A DNA stretch of 64,000 nt. It comes from Histomonas meleagridis 2922-C6/04-290x. Lineage: Eukaryota > Protista > Parabasalia. The stretch spans positions 682,001-746,000 of the forward strand of contig JAANOX010000280.1 of assembly GCA_020184695.1 (NCBI GenBank), in the 5' to 3' direction. Of this stretch, positions 26,034-36,981 are shown in pieces; within the stretch, counting starts at the first letter, position 1, and the number at the start of each line of letters is the position of its first letter. The position numbers and the translations under genes are program-made. The notes beneath the pieces are model-generated. The model saw only the letters and a program-made list of their open reading frames with translations. It did no database searches and had not been told where the DNA came from.

Positions 26034-27332
26034 TTAAAATAAAATTAAGAATAACAAAGAAATAATACTTGCACCAAAAGCAAGTGTAACAGTTTTTGAA
26101 CCAGATCTTAATGGAAATGAATTTGATGTAATATTTGAGTTCGTGATTGAATTAGAATATATATTAGAATTCGTGATTGAATTAGAATATATATTTGAAT
26201 TCGTATATGATACAGAAGATGTATTTGCTGTTGTAAACACATTCGATTGTGTAAAAGAGTTTGATTGTGTAAATGTATGTGTTGGCCATGGATTGCAATT
26301 TTCGATTGTTGTTCCTTTTGATACATTAAATTTCCCAAATTTTGTTGAATTATATGAATCCAATGTCATCACACATTTGACAGGACAATTATCAAATGCA
26401 TTATCAATAACTTTAGGTTCTGAGTGGCCATAATAATAAAGACAAGTTAAAGATTTACAATTGTAAAATGCTTTTGTCTCAATTGAAACCACATTTTCAC
26501 CTATAATAACAACTGATAAATTATAACAACTATCAAAAATAGCTGGACTGATAATAGTTAATGAACTTGGTAATTCAATATTTTTAAGAGAAAAACAAGA
26601 GTGAAATGCTTGATGACCAATTTCCGTTAATTTATTTCCAAAAATTACATTTGATAATTTAGTGCATTGAAAGAAACAAAGGAATTTAATTGTAGAAAGT
26701 GAATTTGGTAATTTAATTCTTTCAAGCGAAAAACAATAAGCAAATGAAAAATCCCAAATTTCGGTCAATTTTTCATTAAAAACAACCTCTGATAAATCAT
26801 TGCAAGAATGAAATGCAGAATTATTAATTATAGTTAAATTTTCTCCCAAAATAATGCGTGAAAGTTTATCACAATAAGAAAATGCAAACGAACCAATAAT
26901 AGTTACAGAATTTGATAAATTAATACTTTTTAGTGATGAACATTGATAAAATGATTTCCAACTGATTTCAATTAAATTTTCATTAAAAATAACTTTGGAT
27001 AATTTAGTACATTCATAAAATCCATAATCTGAAATTGTGGTAACATTTTCACCAAAAGTAACATTTGATAAATTTTTGCAACTATCAAATGCTTGCTTGC
27101 CAATCACAGTTACTGAGTTACCAATTTTAACAGATGCTAGATTACTCCAATCTTTAAATGCATCATTTGGTATTTTCGTAATTTCACCCTCTATAATTAA
27201 AAATAAAGTTTCTTCTTCATATGCACTTTCAAAATCTTCTTGTGTTTTTAATGTAAGTGTTTTTGTTTTATTATCAAATATTTCAAATGCTTGAATTGTA
27301 AAAATATAAAACATAAAAGAAATCATTCTCAT
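26034..27332 (-). CDS. BspA-like TpLRR surface protein, 432 aa (copy 3, intact)
   Basis: Hydrophobic N-terminus, ~11 LxxIxLPxSVTxIGxxAFxxC repeats, an FTQSN / (TNSNIYSNSI)n stalk and a hydrophobic C-terminus. Confidence 0.93.
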   Translation of the reverse strand: MRMISFMFYIFTIQAFEIFDNKTKTLTLKTQEDFESAYEEETLFLIIEGEITKIPNDAFKDWSNLASVKIGNSVTVIGKQAFDSCKNLSNVTFGENVTTISDYGFYECTKLSKVIFNENLIEISWKSFYQCSSLKSINLSNSVTIIGSFAFSYCDKLSRIILGENLTIINNSAFHSCNDLSEVVFNEKLTEIWDFSFAYCFSLERIKLPNSLSTIKFLCFFQCTKLSNVIFGNKLTEIGHQAFHSCFSLKNIELPSSLTIISPAIFDSCYNLSVVIIGENVVSIETKAFYNCKSLTCLYYYGHSEPKVIDNAFDNCPVKCVMTLDSYNSTKFGKFNVSKGTTIENCNPWPTHTFTQSNSFTQSNVFTTANTSSVSYTNSNIYSNSITNSNIYSNSITNSNITSNSFPLRSGSKTVTLAFGASIISLLFLILF

Positions 27333-28053
27333 TAGTATGAAAATAAAATAACAATGGTCATTACTTGTGTATGACGAGACACAAAACGAAATAAAATATT
27401 ACAAGACATAGCCTAAATATTAGTTTTTGAAGACCTTATTGCACATATATGAACAAAAGCCACTTTTACACAACAAAAACAAAAAAAAGTTATTATTTTA
27501 TATATAATGTGTCCTATTCTCTAAACGGTCGTTTGAAATTAGATCAAACAAATTTATCTCTTAATCTTATTCTCATAATTCGATATAAGTATTTGACAGA
27601 GATTAAGAATAATAGCAAAGGATATTTTTAAATCTTTATATAACAAAAAATCTCTTATATAGAGATTTGACACTTAAAATTAAAAAAAATATATCTTCCT
27701 ATAAAATTGGTTTATAAACAAATTTTTTTTTTTTTTTTTATTATTTATTTCCAATATATATTATTTAAATCGAATGTTTAGCAAAATTAACAATGTAATG
27801 GATTTGTAAATAAGAATTTGTAAAAATAGATCAAAAAAAGAATAATGTTAATATAAATCGTTTGTTAGTAAATATTATTAATGGTTATTCTATTGATGAT
27901 TATGCTTTGAAAAATCATACTCGTAATATTATTAATAATGATTTAACTATTAATGGTAGTCTTGTAACAAATCGTATTAACGGGTATTATATAAAATGCG
28001 GCAAAACGATAAAAATGTATAATTTTCTCATATATCTCTCGTTACATATATAA

Positions 28054-29093
28054 TTAGTGGCCAGTCTCCATGCGCTCCCAAAGCAAATCGAAAATATGTT
28101 TTATTGACAAATTTAGAATAATCAAAAATTATATTATCAGATATCGAATATAAAAAAACTTGAAAAAAAGCCAAAAATTTATTATTAATAAAAAAGACCC
28201 TCTTTCACAGCATATTGTTTTCAACACATTCATGGATGAAAATAAAAATCAAAAATGTTTATTGAAGTCAAATTTGGTAAATTGACCAAGATTCACTTAT
28301 TGTATCAGGGCTATTGTGTTCTCAAGCATTGCATTGAGAAGAATTTTCATATGTTTCGAAATTGTTTTGTTTCATCCATCCTGATGAGTTATGGGATGAC
28401 ATGTGGTATGAAATGTCACCAATCTGTGTTATTTGAACCAAGTTAGTCGTTGCTTTAGCTATACGAAACAATGAAAGCTTGGTGCCTGCAAATATAACTG
28501 AGGCCATCACAGAGATCATAGTTTTTCTGAATCAAGAACAATGATATTAACAGCATCTGATTAAATATCTCGCCCATGTCTTTATGGAATAAGGCGGTAT
28601 ATGCCATGGCGTTTTCATCACCGTTTATGATTCGATCAGCTGGTTTAGTTTCGATCAGGTTTCTCACGGTTTTCATCCAAACATCAAATGAAAATTTCTG
28701 CTGCTACCCCTGTTACGTTTTTTAAGATCAGATACAAAGTTTGGACTGAACATCACATCTGGGATGCAAGATTAATAAAGTCTTGATTTCGTAATAGTAT
28801 ATCTTGTTGAATAAAATTCGTCTTGATAAAATCTTAAATTGATTTTTCTTGATAATCCGTGAAGACTTTATGATAAGCTGCATGAACAGACCCAACATAT
28901 GGTATCCATTCCTTATCCATTTCCCAATTGTGATACCATCCACAGATTCAGGAATGTTATACTGTTTTGATAATCGAAGAATTGTTCCTCTGGTTTTGTT
29001 GGGAAAATGTTCAAAAATCTTACTACATAATTCTTTGCGCCTATAATAATCCCTGTGTAGAGACTTAAAAAATAGAATATTTTGGGGTTTCAA
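28054..29093 (-). mobile_element. Decayed pogo-like transposase (copy 4)
   Basis: Near-identical to 373-1416; the ORF track shows MKTVRNLIETKPADRIINGDE. Confidence 0.75.
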
Positions 29094-29585
29094 CTTGACG
29101 CTGAAGATTTTCTAAATCGATATAATGTATTCAAATTTTTACCATAGAACTCGCGAATTGCTAGCATTAATATTAATTCCTTCTTAGGACCTAGGGTAAA
29201 AGTTCGAAATTAAATATTTCCTTCCAATAGATAAAAAATGGGATTAGAGATAATAGTATTAGACTATGAATAGTCAAGAAAATCTGTAAAAAAACTCAAA
29301 AAGTGTATTTATGGTCATGCTCATCGAAGAATATTCATTGTATACATGATTGTAACTTTATTAAGCCATTTATAAAGATCCTTGAAAAATATTCATATTC
29401 AAGTACCAAAAGTATCTCAATAAAATGTAATGTAACACACCATCAAAAATGCGAAAAGATAAACGTACTTGTCTCCCGTTCTGAAAAATCCATCGAGGAA
29501 AAATTTTTGACTGCACCTCTAATTTTTCATTTCACTTAACATCAGCATAGAAAATTTAGTCAAAAAATCAACAAAGATAGGTGCG

Positions 29586-29910
29586 ATTATTGACAAAGTT
29601 CTTTCTATGGTAATATCCAGATTCCTCCGCAAATATAAATAAATGTAAGTATGAAGCAATTACGCACAAGTATATTAGGTCGAAAAGCTTATTTAGCAGA
29701 TATTTCATTAAAATCCGAAGCTCTCATATCAAACAGAATCCCTGTTGAAGTTGTTAAAGGTGTGGTAAAGTCAATCGAATTTTCATTTCCTTAGAGAAAT
29801 CTTGGTTCAGATCCATCAATTTTTTTTGTTGATGGAATTTACATGAAAGGTAAGATTGTTGGGAAATTTCCTTGGAGAAATGAAACTCTAAGATCAATTT
29901 TTTTTTCTTA
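29586..29910 (+). pseudogene. VPS13/chorein N-terminal fragment
   Basis: IIDKVLSMVISRFLRKY/INVSMKQLRTSILGRKAYLADISLKSEALISNRIPVEVVKGVVKSIEFSFP*RNLGSDPSIFFVDGIY parallels the chorein-N consensus. It has a frameshift and a Trp-to-TAG change. Confidence 0.7.
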
Positions 29911-30010
29911 GTTCAAATATAATTCTTTTTCCTTTATAATCCATTCTTAATAGAATATAAATAGATTTTTTATTTCAATATAAAATATTAATCGAATTTA
30001 ATCAAGATCA

Positions 30011-31890
30011 CTAATCATCGCCCCATCCGTCTTCTTCTGACCAATCGATTTCGCTATCCCAACCACCGATTACATTTGACACATTATTTACTTTTTCCTT
30101 TTTCTTCACATTTTTTTCTTCGTACAAATTGTCGCTTAACTGAGGCACCGCATCCGATGAATTCTCTTTTCTATAACTATTAACTTTTTTCTTATCGACG
30201 TAACTTATTTTATTATTTTCGATTTTTGGTTGACTTTTTACTGTTTCTATTTCTTCTTCGACGGAATTTTCCGATATAAATAATTCGTTTTCATCTTTTG
30301 AATTATTTATATTTTCTACTTTTTTATCATTTTCTTCAACTTGTTTATTTTCTTCAAACAATGAATTATCTTTCTTCAATATGTCAACAAACATTTGAAG
30401 TGTAGAAATAGCAGAAATTCGAATTCCACTATCAGCATCAACACAAAGAGGTGACAAATGTGGAATTATCGAAGTTGCTATTATTATATTCGAGAAATAT
30501 GATTTACATTTCTTATATGCAGCAATTGAGGCTTTTCTTGATGGTACAAATGGATCAATAGTACCTTTCGAAAACACGCTTGATAATGTTTGTGATCGAA
30601 TTTCAGGATCAATAAATTCCGCAATTTTAGCAATGCAAATGATCGAATTTGTCCGTATTTGTGGATCACTATCAATTTGAAGCTTCTTTAATGATTTAAT
30701 AAGTATATTCATGTTTTGCATTGATAGAAATTGTGCTAAAGGTACCATGGATATAATTGTGGATTGACGAAGTTGTGGAACTGAATCATTTAATCCGCCA
30801 ATGATATTAATAAATATTTGTTCATTGACAACATTTTTATCAAGAAATGGTACAAGTGAATCAATTTGATTAAGAAGATGAATCCGTAATGTCCTGTCTT
30901 GATTCTCGAATAAGGAAACAAGTGGTGGAACAACAATTACTCCAAAATGAGCTTCATCAAGAAGACGACCGATAGTAAGTATCGGCCCTAAAAGTGACGG
31001 CGTTGGAGAAAATGAAAGAGCGCTAATAAGCTGTGGTAGGATGGTATATGTTTGCGTTTCTTTGGAAAAGGAACGAATGTTGTCAATAAGTGTTTTAAAG
31101 AAGGAATCTCGATCATATGGATCTTGTAACGCAAGCTCCCGAAGATAAGTAAGGTATTGAACAAACTTGTCTGTCTTCCAGTAGTCTAACGATAGAAGTT
31201 TAGATGGAGGAATATTGGTATTTGTTTGAAAATGTCGGATAATCTTTTGGATAGACTTGGGAAAGGTTTGAATTGAGGATTCCATAATGTGATAGATAAG
31301 ACGACAATCAACACTATATGGTGGAACGCTATTAATGTCACCTACTTCAAATGGGAGGGATTTATCCCACTGATTACGATATTTGTTAATAGGACCATCA
31401 AGGTTATTGGTGGCCCAAAAGAAACCGCAAACTTTGAGTTCGTGACCAGGTGATCTAGTTAAATCATTATTAATAATATAAAGATTGAGTTTTTATGAAG
31501 ATATCCATGAATAGTATTTGACATTTCCCCAAAAAAGGAAACAAATTGACATAAATTGTAAATACCCCATAACAGTTCTTTTGTGTCAAGCTCTTCAATC
31601 GAAAAAGGCGAAAGTCGTTCTGTAACTAAATAAATTGTTCCATCAACTTCATAATCTTCAATATATGATGCAATTACGTAATGCCTATATGTTTTTAGGT
31701 ATTTAATTATGTTTGTTAGTAACACTTTTGATAATTCTGAAGAATCTGGATTAAATGCAAATATCGAAAATTCTAAGTTGTCTGTATTTCTAATAGCATC
31801 GTATAATGTATGTTCAAAAGGTTCTGTAAATTTGCATCTTTCTTTTTGAATTGTGTATTGTTGGGTGAGCTTGGACGACCCACCACCCAT
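30011..31890 (-). CDS. SCYL1: SCYL1/Cex1-like pseudokinase plus HEAT repeats; join(31478-31890, 30011-31454), 618 aa
   Basis: MGGGSSK N-terminus, kinase-like lobe (YLVTERL, HGYLH), HEAT region (LRIHLL, DSVPQLRQST, DPFVPSRKA) and an acidic GWD-W tail. Removing 23 nt joins the two ORFs in frame (1857 nt). Confidence 0.88.
31455..31477 (-). other. Candidate 23-nt micro-intron ATTATTAATAATGATTTAACTAG (AT...AG)
   Basis: Excision gives SIFISPGHELKVCG, collinear with SCYL1-type FVDRAGEWKLGG. A branch-like TTTAAC abuts the 3' TAG. Confidence 0.7.
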
Positions 31891-32204
31891 CGGCCAAAGT
31901 ACGTCAAAGTCAAAAGATAGAGGAAAAGGACTAAAAAAGATAATTTTATTCAGAGAGCTATTGTAAGAAAAACATTTGATGGAGAGAAATACTGAAAATT
32001 AATAAATTGTAATTTATTCATTTCTTTTAGTGATTATACTTAAATTAAACTTATAACTATACTTTATTTTCGTAACAATTTAGCATGAGCAAAATGGAAA
32101 TTTCATGATTTTAAAAAAATGAAATTTTCATTTTTCTATTTTTGTTGATCATAATCGAAACTACTAAATGAAGTAGTAACTTCAATGTAACAAAGAATGT
32201 GGTA

Positions 32205-32726
32205 TTACTTTGAACCGATAATCTTATAAATCCAATGGAATATATCACTCATTCCGACTCCAACAAGTGCGCTTGCCTCCAAAAAAGAAATACGGGAAGG
32301 GTTGAGCGTTCTATCAAATCCAATTATCTGATCAATTGCAGGAAATCGGATGCATGTTGGAACATCACACTTATTCAAAACAACCAAAACAGGTATCTGT
32401 TCAAATTGCTCATTAGTAAGGAGGTCATGAAGCCAAACAACGTTGTTTGCTGTATTTAAATAATCTGCAGCATCATAAATATAAATGATCCCTTTTGCAG
32501 TTTTTGCATTTTCTTCCCAAGAAGAAATCATGGGGCCACCAAGCTCTCGTATGTTTATTGTTGAAGACTTGTATTTGAAAGAAGTTGGTTTGATATTTTC
32601 TGTTGGTTTTGTATTTGGGATAGGATCAAAAGGAGTAAGACGTCTTTCATTACAAAGCGCTTGCATTCGCTTTAGTAAAAGAGTTTTACCACAGTTTCTT
32701 GGCCCAAAACAAAGAACATCAGACAT
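32205..32726 (-). CDS. ARL16: ARF-like small GTPase, ARL16-type
   Basis: GPRNCGKTLLLKRMQ P-loop, TKPT, the ARL16-typical IRELGG, and NKCD. Confidence 0.8.
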   Translation of the reverse strand: MSDVLCFGPRNCGKTLLLKRMQALCNERRLTPFDPIPNTKPTENIKPTSFKYKSSTINIRELGGPMISSWEENAKTAKGIIYIYDAADYLNTANNVVWLHDLLTNEQFEQIPVLVVLNKCDVPTCIRFPAIDQIIGFDRTLNPSRISFLEASALVGVGMSDIFHWIYKIIGSK

Positions 32727-32926
32727 TGGAAATAACGATTAAAACCGCCGAAAGCATTTAGGGTTTATGTATAACTTTTTATGCCATCTCATATAAATGT
32801 TTCAATAAATATGATTTTTCCTCCTATTCTTGTGTTTTCTCCATTTGAAGATGAAAATTTCTTAAAGCAAGAATGTAAATAGTTAAAACAAGAACCAGAT
32901 ATTCCATTTTTTCATTATTTTTTTTA

Positions 32927-33775
32927 ATGCTTGGATCAAAATTGATCCAAGTTATAATCCCAATTATTGTCATTTCTGCAACAATTTACATAAATATTAT
33001 GTTGCAGAACCAAAGTGTTCCACAGAATTATTTTATAGAATCAAATAAAAAAAAGAAACCACGATATGCATTTGCAACTCTCGTTACTCCAGCTTTTTGC
33101 ATGGGGGCTGTTGCTTTAGCTCATACGCTCCAAAAATATCACGGAGAAAAGTATGGGATGCTTTGCTTAGTTACTCCAGATGTAAATAATACATGGGTTG
33201 AAATTCTCCAACAGTGGTGGGAAGTTATTAAAGTTCCCAACTTCAAGCCAAAATCCAACTTTCGTCGGTCTTGGGCTAAACTTTTTCTCTGGGATCAAAT
33301 CCAATATGACAAACTTGTATATTTTGATTCAGATATTCTTATCTTCAATCCAGTAGATGAACTATTTCAATACCCACAGCTTTCTTGTGCTAGTGACCCA
33401 TCACCTCCCCAAATCTGTAACACTGGAGTTCTTGTTATAGAGCCCAAATCAGGTCTTCTAAACCGAATGCAAGCTGCTTCAAAGATAGATGGGAATGTAA
33501 TGGGTATCGGTGATCAAGCATTTATTAATTTTTTTTTCAACGGATTTACTCCATTGCCACCAAAGTTTAATATTCTCCGTATTCAAACGAGAGGACTCAG
33601 CTTTGCAATAAAAAACAATTTAACAAAGGCAGTGCATTACGTATGTAAGAAGCCATGGAAATGTGGGCGTCAAGAAACATGCGGATGTGGATATCCAAGC
33701 TTCAATCAGAAATGGTGGGATATATGGGATGAAGCGTGTGCAAATCATAAATGCATTGAATCATGGAGTGAATAA
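32927..33775 (+). CDS. Glycosyltransferase family 8 (glycogenin-like), type II membrane protein
   Basis: N-terminal TM, YAFATL, SWAKLFLW, YFDSD (DxD), NTGVLVIEP, GDQAFIN, HY..KKPW. Confidence 0.9.
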   Translation: MLGSKLIQVIIPIIVISATIYINIMLQNQSVPQNYFIESNKKKKPRYAFATLVTPAFCMGAVALAHTLQKYHGEKYGMLCLVTPDVNNTWVEILQQWWEVIKVPNFKPKSNFRRSWAKLFLWDQIQYDKLVYFDSDILIFNPVDELFQYPQLSCASDPSPPQICNTGVLVIEPKSGLLNRMQAASKIDGNVMGIGDQAFINFFFNGFTPLPPKFNILRIQTRGLSFAIKNNLTKAVHYVCKKPWKCGRQETCGCGYPSFNQKWWDIWDEACANHKCIESWSE

Positions 33776-33974
33776 TTAATTATATAAGATCATTTCTAAC
33801 ACAAATTATATAAAAATACAATCTCTAAGTTAAGTTGAAATTACATCTCAAATGATAAAAACTTTATTTCCGATGAATGAAAAAATTTTTTTCTCTGTTG
33901 TCACTTTTTAATTAGATAACGGTCTTAAGTCTAAACGGTTTTGTTTCAAAAAGAGACACCTGACACTTTTTATT

Positions 33975-34532
33975 ATGGACAAAGAGGAAAAAGAAGAATC
34001 TTCAAACGAGATAACTCTTTATGTTTCTAATCTACCTAACGATTTAACGCAAGAGGAATTAGATGATTTTTTTAGCCAAAAAGCACCAATGGTTCGTGCA
34101 TTTCCTCGGAAAGAAAAAAAAACTGGTCATTTCTCAGGAACTTGTTTTGTAACATATAAAAATCGCGAGGATGGCTACAAAATTATACAAGAATTAAATG
34201 GATCAGAATTTAAAGGAAGAAAACTTGTTGTTGAAAAATCACATAGACCATATATACACGATTATAAGAAAGTTAAAGAAAGACAACGTGAGCTTGAGCT
34301 AAGAAGAGAAAGGTTTGAACATAGAGAAAGATATCGAATGGACTCACCTCCATATCATAGAGATAGATATTATAGAGATTATTATGATAGAGCCCCATAT
34401 GATAGATATCGCTATGAAAGACACAGCAGGTATTATGATGATCCGCGAGATATGATGTATGATGATCCATATTCTGATCGAAGAAGACTTGGGAGAAGAC
34501 CCCCCTCAGATGAAAGTGATTATGAGAAGTAA
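33975..34532 (+). CDS. RRM protein with an R/D/Y-rich tail
   Basis: RNP2 LYVSNL, RNP1 GTCFVTY, low-complexity RD-rich C-terminus. Confidence 0.9.
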   Translation: MDKEEKEESSNEITLYVSNLPNDLTQEELDDFFSQKAPMVRAFPRKEKKTGHFSGTCFVTYKNREDGYKIIQELNGSEFKGRKLVVEKSHRPYIHDYKKVKERQRELELRRERFEHRERYRMDSPPYHRDRYYRDYYDRAPYDRYRYERHSRYYDDPRDMMYDDPYSDRRRLGRRPPSDESDYEK

Positions 34533-35296
34533 ATGACGTGGTAAGTATTCCTATCCTGTTTGATAAAATTTCTTTAGTTATAAAATTGTTTTGTTGTACA
34601 TGAAAATTCAAAATGAATATAAAAATTTTGCATGTAGCGATTAGCTGCTATTATACATTTTAATTTTGAGTTAAATTTATTTATTATCTTCGACTAAAAT
34701 CAGTTTTACTTTTGAATTCATGTAAGATTGAGTTTTAAAATTAAATCGATTATTTATTATTCTTTAGATCTGCAATACCAAGCTCTATTTGATTAGCAAA
34801 AAAAAAATTGGTTAAATATGTTTCAATAAAAACTGTGCATAAGAGTTAGAGTCATATATGTTTTACATAAATCTCAATTGAGAAAATTGAAATTTCAAAT
34901 TCTAATTAGAAAACTGATTTAGAAAATGTTTACTTAGGAAACCACAACAACTTTGATTAAAATGAAGATCAGTTTGTTAAATAATTTAATGATTTGATTT
35001 TCATATCACGGTATCAAGCTTTTTAAAAAAATTAAATAAACGGTTTTGTTATTTGAGTATGCATAGAAATTTTTATGAAAAGTGATAAAAATGTCAACTT
35101 TTCCAACAGTATCGTTAATTTAAAGAAATATATAAATATCATTGGATAAATGTGTTATATTTGAATACACATTAATGCAACCATTGAATTTTAACGTGGT
35201 ATGAATATATTCTAATTTATTAGATCATATATTAATTAAATACTTGGCAACTGCATTTTTCATTTTCCACATTTTTTATAAACGTTCCCCAATAGA

Positions 35297-36646
35297 ATGA
35301 CGTATTGGGTAAAAGGTTTTGGAAATTCAAATAAAACATCAATACCACAATCATTACAAGACCTTTGCTATCCACAAGATGATAATTCAAGTTTACCAAC
35401 AATTCCTCTTATTTTAGATAGAAAAGTTTTTATCTGTTCTCAAATTGAAGAAATCAAACCTAAAGAAACTTATGTCATTGATGTCCTTAATACAGATCCG
35501 AAATGTAGTATTCATATAATTGATTTTCTTACACAAGAAAGGAAGTTTGTGAAAGAAATTGATTTTCTCCTTGAGACAATTCTCCCAAGCCTTGTTGATG
35601 CAGAGTACTCCAGGATTGAACGCACTCTTAAAGAAGAATGTCTCAATCTTAAGCAATCACATGATACTTTACTCGGTTCAATTGAAAACCTTATTCAAAA
35701 TAATCCCAGTGACATTGTGTATAAGTTTATTGAAATCATTTCCAGTCTTACTAATCTTCTTGATTCTAATGCCAAATATATGAATCGATATTTTGAAGTT
35801 GAGACACAATCTCTCTCATTTTCATCCACCTATAGTCAAGACTATTCCTCTACTCTTTGTGGCTTACCTCTTATTGATCTTATTCGTTTTCCAGTTCAAT
35901 GGCAAAATTGGATACTTGAAATAATCAGTTCACTTCTTCAATATCTCGACTCAAGTTATCCACCAAAGTATCGTACACTCCTTGAAGACTTCTCATCCCA
36001 AATTATCAAACTTTCTGACACGATCGATTCAATTCCGAAACTCGAACAAATATCACATATGTTCATTACTGAGCCATTTCCCATTGTTGTACCTGGCCGC
36101 CGCTTTGTCAAGCAAGGCACAACGATTAAACATTGTCGAAAGAATAATACGAAGCGCGAAATTGTTCTTTTTTCTGATTGTTTCTTCTACGCGCAACTTA
36201 AAGGCGGCAAATATTTCATACCACAAAGTTACGAGCTCACGTGCCTCGAAGCGAAGCCTTACCCTGATCCTGATCGAGTGACGACAATGATTATTTACAC
36301 GCCAAAGAAAAGTTTTGTGATCGATTTCGAAACTCAAAAGGATCGAGATGAATGGCTTGAGGCTATAAAGACTGCTGCTGCTAACGCTAGGGCAAATAGC
36401 GAATCCCCACCTTCCGATTTAAGAATGGCACCAATTTGGATACCTGATAATGAGGCCCCAAACTGCATGATATGCCACACACAATTCACTATGTTCTTAA
36501 GAAGACATCATTGTAGAGCTTGTGGATATGTGGTGTGTAAAAATTGCTTGACACATAAGGTGATAATGCCCGGAATATCTGAAACGAAACAAGTGCCCGT
36601 TTGTGAGGCTTGTTTCTTGGAATTGTCGTCGAACAAAAAGAAATGA
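35297..36646 (+). CDS. DH(RhoGEF)-PH-FYVE protein (FGD-like)
   Basis: TQERKFV (DH), RRFVKQG and LFSD (PH), WIPD..C..C..F....RRHHCRACG..VC..C...VC..C (FYVE). Confidence 0.92.
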   Translation: MTYWVKGFGNSNKTSIPQSLQDLCYPQDDNSSLPTIPLILDRKVFICSQIEEIKPKETYVIDVLNTDPKCSIHIIDFLTQERKFVKEIDFLLETILPSLVDAEYSRIERTLKEECLNLKQSHDTLLGSIENLIQNNPSDIVYKFIEIISSLTNLLDSNAKYMNRYFEVETQSLSFSSTYSQDYSSTLCGLPLIDLIRFPVQWQNWILEIISSLLQYLDSSYPPKYRTLLEDFSSQIIKLSDTIDSIPKLEQISHMFITEPFPIVVPGRRFVKQGTTIKHCRKNNTKREIVLFSDCFFYAQLKGGKYFIPQSYELTCLEAKPYPDPDRVTTMIIYTPKKSFVIDFETQKDRDEWLEAIKTAAANARANSESPPSDLRMAPIWIPDNEAPNCMICHTQFTMFLRRHHCRACGYVVCKNCLTHKVIMPGISETKQVPVCEACFLELSSNKKK

Positions 36647-36981
36647 TGTTGTTTTCTTTTTGATGATCAAATAAATATTGTGGATTGATATGAATATTTT
36701 AAATTTTCGTATAAGAATAGAGAGAAAACAAAAGATGACGTCACATGTGGAGAGTTTTGTGACTAACAGGTTAAGTTACTCAGAAAAAATGGGTTCGTTT
36801 TGTTCCGGAATATCAGAGCTTATCGGCTTCTTGTTTACGAAATTAATTGAAAAATTTCAATAAAGGTTAAATTTTCGTATCAACAAAATTGAGCGCATAT
36901 TCAATATTCACAGCGTTATTTCCTACAGCCTAAAAATTCTGGGATGAGCAGGTGAGATCTTAAATTTTTCTTTTCATATCA

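Larger units (their letters stand above)
1..29447. repeat. Tandem segmental array, unit ~9.3-9.4 kb. Copies at ~1-9317, 9318-18761, 18762-27519 (shortened by deletions) and 27520-29447 (partial)
   Basis: Marker CGGTCGTTTGAAATTAG recurs at 7, 9324, 18768 and ~27526. ORF sets repeat in the same order. Homology stops after ...CACACCATCAAA at 29447. The array begins upstream of the window. Confidence 0.97.

Noticed and set aside
1-29447. The whole array as pure assembly stutter
   Set aside because: Copies differ by microhomology-bounded deletions and clustered substitutions that random read error would not produce. The exact copy number remains unverified.
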